A DNA stretch of 64,000 bases from a virus. Within the stretch, counting starts at the first letter, position 1, and each line of letters starts with the position of its first letter. The stretch covers positions 8,258-72,257 of IMG/VR virus record IMGVR_UViG_3300006924_000007; one strand, written 5' to 3'. Shown here one piece after another: positions 57,945 to 64,000 of the stretch. Both the position numbers and the translations under genes were made by a program. A model generated the notes under the pieces. The model did no database searches. It saw nothing but the letters and a program-made list of their open reading frames with translations, and was not told the DNA's origin.

Positions 57945-58960
57945 TATAGACCTCCGTGAGCATTAGATGTTCCACCCGCTGTTTGCACATTACGAGCCAA
58001 GTCTCCAAAATCTACAGCATTTCCAAAAGTTGTAATTTCTACATAATCTATCGTACTTACATAAGATGGAGTAGCCCCACCACCCCATACTCCCCGTGTC
58101 TTACTACTACATGCACCGGTTGCACGTCTTGTCTGCGATAAGTCTCCAAAATTTACAAATTTTCCTAATGATGCAATCGTAATATATTCTATGTCATTAG
58201 TTACACTTCCTGGTACATTAACTCCTCCAAATAATCCACGAGTTGCAGATGAACATCCACCATCTGAACCCTGTCCTCCACCAGTAAGTGCATCTCCAAA
58301 ATCTTGCCAAGTTCCAGTAGTTGGAATAGTGGCATAAATTGATGCTTTAGAACTTCCCCCACCTGCCGCGATAGTTCTTGTGGGACTGCTTATACCACTT
58401 GCAAATCCCTCTGCAAGAGTGGTGCTCATATTGCCAAAATCTTGTCTGCTACCTGTGCTTGCAATAGTGAATAGATTTGTAGTTGCAACTGATCCACCAC
58501 CAGGTTGTCCCCCAAAAAATAATCCTCTGGTTTGATTTCCACCTGAACCACCAGATCTTTTTGCCTGTGATAAGTCTCCAAAATCAAATACTTGTCCTAA
58601 TGATGCTATCTCCCAGGCATCTACCTGTGCGCTATAACCTCCTGATGATGCCTCCTTCATTCCCTGAAGTGCTCTAGTGCTTGATGCACACGCTGAGGCA
58701 CCAAATGCCGCAACGTTTAAATCACCAAAATCAAACTCACTTCCCGTTGATGCGATATTAATACCATCTATGTATATTTGATAGTTTCCGGGTGCAAGAC
58801 CACCAGCAAAAAATCCACGAGCACCAGGAGTTGGATCACCAGCACTTGCAAGATTTGGTGTTGCAGTATGAACCTGAAACCATGCCGAGCCATTCCAATA
58901 CTCCAACTTCTGTGAGTCGGAGTTAAATCTCATTGCACCTGCTGGAATCTCTGCTGACAT
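57944..58960 (-). CDS. Kelch-like six-repeat protein, type B
   Basis: MSAEIPAGAMRFNSDSQKLEYWNGSAW; ends SNAHGGL. Confidence 0.8.
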   Translation of the reverse strand: MSAEIPAGAMRFNSDSQKLEYWNGSAWFQVHTATPNLASAGDPTPGARGFFAGGLAPGNYQIYIDGINIASTGSEFDFGDLNVAAFGASACASSTRALQGMKEASSGGYSAQVDAWEIASLGQVFDFGDLSQAKRSGGSGGNQTRGLFFGGQPGGGSVATTNLFTIASTGSRQDFGNMSTTLAEGFASGISSPTRTIAAGGGSSKASIYATIPTTGTWQDFGDALTGGGQGSDGGCSSATRGLFGGVNVPGSVTNDIEYITIASLGKFVNFGDLSQTRRATGACSSKTRGVWGGGATPSYVSTIDYVEITTFGNAVDFGDLARNVQTAGGTSNAHGGL

Positions 58961-58982
58961 GTTACACTACCTCTGTCATTAT

Positions 58983-61406
58983 TTATCCAAGACCGCCATG
59001 ACCATTGGAAAATCCAGCTCCGCCACTACCCGGAGTAATTGTGTCACCAAAATCTTGTGCATTTCCTGTAGATTGGATAGTTACATAGTCAATTATATTT
59101 AAGAAAGCAGGACTATCGAATCCACCAGCAATGACTCCACGAGTTGAAGAAGCACATGATCCTATTGGCTCTTGTGCTGCTCTGCCTGTACTTAAATCAC
59201 CAAAATCTTGTGCATCTCCTAGTGTTGCGATTGTTATATAGTCAATTCGGTTTACGTTTCCAGCAAGACCTACACCTCCGGCTCTTATTGCACGAGTTGA
59301 ATTGGAACATACTACATAGAATGACTCTCCTGAGTTTCCTGCCCCTATCATGTCACCAAAATCTATCGCATTTGATGTCGTTGCAATGGTTACATAATCA
59401 ATTGTATTAGTACGATTTGGAGATGAAGGAAAATAACCTCCAAAGAAAATACCACGAGTTGGAGAACTCGCTTGTCCTGAACCACCGGTTCTGGCAAAAG
59501 TTAAATCTCCAAAGTCAATTGCATTTCCTGATGTTTGAATCGTAACATATTGTAGGGAATTTGTTGCAGTAGTACTTGATGGTCCTTCTGCAGCGTGAAG
59601 AATTCCTCTGGTTTGGTTTCCTGCTGCACCGCCCTCTCTCGTTTTAGTAACGCAATCACCAAAGTCCTTTGCGTTTCCTGTTGTTGCAATAGTAATATAA
59701 TCAATCTTATTATCTAAATTTGGTGATGAATTAGGATTACCACCCGCAAATATGCCTCTTGTATTTGATGCAAAACCACTCATACCTCTTCTTGCGGAAG
59801 TTAAGTCACCAAAATCTTTACTATTTCCCTTAGATGCAATCCCAATATACTCAATAATATTCGATATGGCAGGATCACGATAACCTCCAGCAATAACACC
59901 ACGAGTTCCTGCATTATAAGTTCCGGTTGCTTCTCTTGATTCTGTATTACCAGTTGGGAGATAGAAATAAGCATTTGAGTTTACTTTGGTGACACCCTCA
60001 AAGGTTACTTGTCTATCATCACCGACTTGTGGTGTGAAGTTTGATGGTCCCGGTGCTGTTGTTATACCAGAATTAACAACTGTATCATACGTATAAATTC
60101 CATTAAGTGAAATAGTTTTTCCGGTTGCCTCTTGTGTTGGATCATTAGAATCCTGACAACATAAAAGAACAGTGCCTGGAACTCTTTTGAGTTCTCTGGT
60201 TGGTGGAATGAAGTTGTCTGTATAGAGTGCAGTTCCTTTATTTACACGGAGGTTTGAGATGAAACCATAATATTCAATATTCCCATAGGTATGAGTGTAT
60301 TGTCCAATAGTTGGATTTCTTGTCGTATCACTAAAGTCAGTGGATACAGTTGTTCCTGCGGATGCAACTCCATTTACAAAAATTTTAACAGTATTTGACG
60401 CACGAGTCACTGCAACATGATGCCATGACCCAACCTCTACGGTTCCTCCAGATACTGTGGTTGATCCAAATGTTGCTTTAATTGCTTTGTCACTATCAAC
60501 TTTAAAAACAATGTAATCATTGCCAGATTGAGTTTGAGTAAATATTGCTTTTGTCTCTCCTCCATTAATTCCTTGTGGTTGTATCCATGCCTCTATTGTA
60601 AAATCTCCTGTTCCGTATGCAAAGTCTGTTCCTGCAGAAAGCACAAGGGCATCACTAGTAGATGTAAACTCAACAGACCCAGTGATTGCACTACCACCAC
60701 CAGACTTCACAATGGGTGTTAAAAGACCAGGAGTGAGTTCATTTGCAACTGCATTTCCATTGACTGTGATAGTCTTACCAGTCTTTTCAAGTGTTGCATC
60801 AGTCTTTGATTGGCAAGCAAGAAGAACAGTTCCCGGAACAACTTCAAGTTCTCTCATTGGAGGCTTGAAGTTTGATGTGTAGAGTGCTTTGCCTTTGACT
60901 ATACGGAGGTTAGAAATGTGACCATCCCAAAATCTAGATGGTGATTCCCAGTCACATCCTATTCTAAATTCATCTGCACTTACGCTTAAAAAAGTACCAC
61001 TATATAAACTTTCATCAGTTTTTTTACCATTTTGATATATTGTTATTATACTGTCTTTTTTAACTACAGATACATGCACCCACTGACTTTGTGGCACTTC
61101 ATTACCTGATATACCAAAAGTAGCACTACCATCATTAGAAAAAGTAAATCTCGGAATTCTATTAGAAAAGTATAAAATCCAACTTCTTCTACTATCACCA
61201 AAATTGTAGAATCCAGCAATATATTGTGTTCCTGAAGAATTACATAATGCCCAACATTCAATCGTAAAATCTTCTGCTGTGGCATTTAATCTAAAATCGG
61301 CATTATTGGGGATACTTAAATAATCCCCAGTCCCATCAAACTGAACTGAACCAGTCGTCTCAAAGGTTTCTGTGCTTGTAATCTTATCTACTCTTAAGTT
61401 TGCCAT
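58983..61406 (-). CDS. Kelch-like six-repeat protein, type A, with two LamG/ConA-like domains
   Basis: Two DFTIE.W...W.HV...ISNLR domains, then LPTGNTESR, then the repeats. Confidence 0.82.
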   Translation of the reverse strand: MANLRVDKITSTETFETTGSVQFDGTGDYLSIPNNADFRLNATAEDFTIECWALCNSSGTQYIAGFYNFGDSRRSWILYFSNRIPRFTFSNDGSATFGISGNEVPQSQWVHVSVVKKDSIITIYQNGKKTDESLYSGTFLSVSADEFRIGCDWESPSRFWDGHISNLRIVKGKALYTSNFKPPMRELEVVPGTVLLACQSKTDATLEKTGKTITVNGNAVANELTPGLLTPIVKSGGGSAITGSVEFTSTSDALVLSAGTDFAYGTGDFTIEAWIQPQGINGGETKAIFTQTQSGNDYIVFKVDSDKAIKATFGSTTVSGGTVEVGSWHHVAVTRASNTVKIFVNGVASAGTTVSTDFSDTTRNPTIGQYTHTYGNIEYYGFISNLRVNKGTALYTDNFIPPTRELKRVPGTVLLCCQDSNDPTQEATGKTISLNGIYTYDTVVNSGITTAPGPSNFTPQVGDDRQVTFEGVTKVNSNAYFYLPTGNTESREATGTYNAGTRGVIAGGYRDPAISNIIEYIGIASKGNSKDFGDLTSARRGMSGFASNTRGIFAGGNPNSSPNLDNKIDYITIATTGNAKDFGDCVTKTREGGAAGNQTRGILHAAEGPSSTTATNSLQYVTIQTSGNAIDFGDLTFARTGGSGQASSPTRGIFFGGYFPSSPNRTNTIDYVTIATTSNAIDFGDMIGAGNSGESFYVVCSNSTRAIRAGGVGLAGNVNRIDYITIATLGDAQDFGDLSTGRAAQEPIGSCASSTRGVIAGGFDSPAFLNIIDYVTIQSTGNAQDFGDTITPGSGGAGFSNGHGGLG

Positions 61407-61407
61407 T

Positions 61408-62802
61408 TTAGAAACCTCCTAGTCCGCCGTGTGAGTCTGATGTTGAACCAAGAAAACTATTTCCGCTTTGATAACTCATATCACCAAATTCTAGTGCATT
61501 TCCACCAGTTGGTATTGACACATATTCAATACGGTTAGTTCTTGGACCTCCATCACCCCCTCCATGAACTGCTCTTACATTATTACAAGCAGAAAAACCA
61601 GAGTAGTCTGCGGTGGCAAGTTCACCAAAATAAACTGCAACTCCACCCGATGACATATCAATAGCACTTATATCTGGGACATCATCACGACCACTAAAAA
61701 TAAGTCCTCTGACTGTATTTGATGCTGCAGATGGTCTCTGGTGTTTTGCAGTCAAATCTCCAAATCTAGTGGAATTTCCTTTTGATGCAATAGTAATACT
61801 TTCGCTAGATCTAATAACGTTGTCACCTGCAGGAGAAGTTGGGTGAGTTCCACCTGAAAATACTCCCCGAGTAGGTGAGGCACAAGAAGCAACATAACCT
61901 GATCCTGCATCCATATCACCTGATAGATCACCAAAATCTAGTGCATTACCTATGGTCGATATCTCAACATACTCAATTACATTTGTATGAGCTGCGGAAG
62001 GTCCACGATATCCTCCTCCCCATATACCTCTGGTAGAACTAGAAAGTGCTGAATTATGATAATTGGTATCTGTTAGATTTCCAAAATCAATTCCATTACC
62101 CGCAGATGCAATTGTTAGATAATCAATTTCATTGCTACCAGATGGAGATGCACCTGCCCCAAAGAGTGCTCTAATCGCAGATCCACACCCCATCTTTTCT
62201 CTTAAAGTACTCTGCATATCTCCAAAATATGCAGAGTTGCCAAGAGTAGAGATTGTTATATAATCATATTGTGCAAGATAATTTGTTCCTGAGTCATATC
62301 CACTTGAGATTATGGCACGACCAGCAGCACTACCTCTACTATATGAATTTACTGTCTTCCAATTGTTTCCATCAAAGAACTCAAGTGTTCCGAAGTCTTG
62401 GTTAAATCTAGTTGTTCCTGCTTCTGGTGTGCTGTCTCTACTATTTGTATCACCAAGAGGAACAGCAAACTTATCAGTAACAGTGAGTGTCTTTGTCTTT
62501 CCTATCTCTACTGTTGAACCAGAGGAGATTGTTGTCTCTCCACTGATTACTAGATCAGCAGAAAGAGAACTGAAAGGTCCACCAGTTTGATTATCAATTA
62601 CAATATTATTTGCAATCCCTTGTTCTGATTGATGAAAACCTTGATACTCTCTAAAAGTCGATACTCCACTACCACCGGCAGCACCTTCTGCTTTAATATT
62701 ACCAATAACTTCTAAGGTAGCAGTCGGATTTGTGGTGCCGATTCCGACCTGTTCATTCTCAAGATTAAATTGTGTGGATAAACCAATTCTTATACTTGGC
62801 AT
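61408..62802 (-). CDS. Kelch-like six-repeat protein with a fibre-like N-terminus and full N-module
   Basis: VGIGTTNP...FAVPLGDTNSR...GTTRFNQDFGTLEFFDG; ends SDSHGGLGGF. Confidence 0.8.
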   Translation of the reverse strand: MPSIRIGLSTQFNLENEQVGIGTTNPTATLEVIGNIKAEGAAGGSGVSTFREYQGFHQSEQGIANNIVIDNQTGGPFSSLSADLVISGETTISSGSTVEIGKTKTLTVTDKFAVPLGDTNSRDSTPEAGTTRFNQDFGTLEFFDGNNWKTVNSYSRGSAAGRAIISSGYDSGTNYLAQYDYITISTLGNSAYFGDMQSTLREKMGCGSAIRALFGAGASPSGSNEIDYLTIASAGNGIDFGNLTDTNYHNSALSSSTRGIWGGGYRGPSAAHTNVIEYVEISTIGNALDFGDLSGDMDAGSGYVASCASPTRGVFSGGTHPTSPAGDNVIRSSESITIASKGNSTRFGDLTAKHQRPSAASNTVRGLIFSGRDDVPDISAIDMSSGGVAVYFGELATADYSGFSACNNVRAVHGGGDGGPRTNRIEYVSIPTGGNALEFGDMSYQSGNSFLGSTSDSHGGLGGF

Positions 62803-62833
62803 TATACTACAACTTTCATATATTTATTAGACA

Positions 62834-64000
62834 TCAGAAACCTCCTAAACCACCGTGAGAGTCTGATGTTGCTCCTGCTTGCGCTATCGTGGTAAGATAA
62901 TCGCCAAAATCAAGTGCGTTCCCTGTAGATGCAATTTCTATATATTCCATTGAGATTGCTACAGAGGAAGAACTGGCGGGGAAGGTGGTGAAACCACCAG
63001 CAAAAGCAACTCTAGTTTGAGTGGATGCTGCAGCTGCGCCATGTCTTCCAATAGATAAATCACCAAATTCTATTGTATTTCCAAGAGATGCAATAGTCAC
63101 ATAGTCCATACTTTTAATAGTATCAACAGTATTATATCCACCAGCGAAAACACCTCTGATTTGATTAGAAGCACAATTACCACTTAATCCCGATCTAACG
63201 ATTTCATTCCATAGAATCGCATTACCTTTTGATGCTATGGTTATGTAATCATTATTATTTTTAAATGAAGGAGATTCTCCACCTGAGGAAAATACTCCTC
63301 TTGTTGGAGAACTAAAACCACCAAGATTTCTTCTTCCTTGTGTTAAATCACCAAAGTCCAGTGCATCTCCAAGTGTTGCCATTTCTACATAATCAATTAT
63401 ATTCTCTTCTTGTGATCCACCTGCCCATATCCCTCTTGTTGAAGAAGATGCAGATCCCATTTGCACATCACCTCTATCTTCACTTAAATCGCCAAAATCA
63501 ATTGAGTTTCCTTCTGATGGTATTGTAACATACTCTATTGTTTCTTGATTTGCAGGGAATGCTCCGGCAAAAAGACCTCTAGATCCATTACTACAAGCTG
63601 CATTCATTCTTGTATTAAGCGTTGCCTCTCCAAAGTTTTGTGCGTTTCCAAGAGTATGAATGTTCCAATACCCTATAGTTTTTACAACAGTAACACTGGG
63701 ATTTACTAGTCCTCCGAAAGACACCGCACGACCACTTCTGGTTGTATTATCTACCTGTCTCCAACCATAACCATCAAAGAACTCAATGGTCTTGAAGTCA
63801 TAGTTATAATATAACTCTCCCGGTTTTGGTGCATATGGTCTCTCATTTGTTCCGCCGTTTGGAGGTGTGAAAGTATTATAAACTTTTAGACACTCAATCT
63901 GACTTCCACCTGCAAGATTAATATCTGTGGTGTCAATGTTATTCTGTATAGTATGAGTTCCAACACCAACCGATGTCGTTCCAAGACCCACAACACCAAT
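62834..64000 (-). CDS. Kelch-like six-repeat protein, full N-module; probably begins beyond the right edge
   Basis: Frame is open to the window edge (IGVVGLGTT...); FTPPNGGTNERP...GELYYNYDFKTIEFFDG; ends SDSHGGLGGF. Confidence 0.78.
   Translation of the reverse strand: MGVVGLGTTSVGVGTHTIQNNIDTTDINLAGGSQIECLKVYNTFTPPNGGTNERPYAPKPGELYYNYDFKTIEFFDGYGWRQVDNTTRSGRAVSFGGLVNPSVTVVKTIGYWNIHTLGNAQNFGEATLNTRMNAACSNGSRGLFAGAFPANQETIEYVTIPSEGNSIDFGDLSEDRGDVQMGSASSSTRGIWAGGSQEENIIDYVEMATLGDALDFGDLTQGRRNLGGFSSPTRGVFSSGGESPSFKNNNDYITIASKGNAILWNEIVRSGLSGNCASNQIRGVFAGGYNTVDTIKSMDYVTIASLGNTIEFGDLSIGRHGAAAASTQTRVAFAGGFTTFPASSSSVAISMEYIEIASTGNALDFGDYLTTIAQAGATSDSHGGLGGF

Noticed and set aside
39338-61406. A/B genes as frameshifted pseudogene fragments or intein-split products
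   Set aside because: Every A and B gene has a complete six-repeat domain with its own start and stop, and the HGGL ending is not the intein His-Asn motif.
39338-64000. Recurring AAATCACCAAAATC-like DNA repeats resembling a CRISPR array
   Set aside because: The period is ~140 bp, the copies are degenerate at third codon positions, and they encode DFGDL inside long ORFs; no cas genes are present.
39338-64000. Diversity-generating retroelement or invertase shufflon as the source of variation
   Set aside because: I saw no reverse transcriptase, recombinase, inverted cassettes or adenine-specific TR/VR pair in this window, though one outside the window cannot be excluded.
1-64000. tRNA or rRNA genes
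   Set aside because: I recognised no cloverleaf or rRNA signature in the intergenic regions by eye; tRNAscan-SE would settle it.

Overview
This window is a 64-kb segment of a large T4-like cyanomyovirus (marine Synechococcus/Prochlorococcus-type phage), almost all encoded on the minus strand. From left to right it has five parts. (1) 1-6 kb is an early/accessory region: an N6A/N4C DNA methyltransferase with an adjacent PD-(D/E)xK-like nuclease, an HExxH peptidase, CP12, small hypotheticals and an SF2 helicase, several preceded by one repeated promoter element. (2) 6-29.6 kb is a tail/baseplate module: large fibre-like proteins with S74 chaperone domains, a gp5 split into two genes with a SleB-like hydrolase, a gp27-like hub, an amidase-bearing protein, and gp51, gp26, gp54, gp4, gp2, gp48 and gp53. 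(3) 29.6-37 kb holds replication and auxiliary genes: gp32, gp59, gp33, an exonuclease, phoH, thyX, glutaredoxin, and a DUF4278-like peptide behind tandem glutamine-riboswitch-like aptamers. (4) 37-39.3 kb is a plus-strand 2OG-Fe(II)/radical SAM/2OG-Fe(II) operon. (5) 39.3-64 kb is an array of at least 17 paralogous genes, each ending in six Kelch-like ~47-aa repeats and an invariant HGGL tail, interrupted by a sulfotransferase/glycosyltransferase cassette. The most striking observation concerns the N-terminal fibre-type module of these paralogs: it is intact in 5 genes but split into complementary halves in 6 'A' and 6 'B' genes, which mostly alternate. This suggests a combinatorial, possibly chemically modified, adhesin repertoire. 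All family assignments come from motif recognition by eye; no database searches were run.
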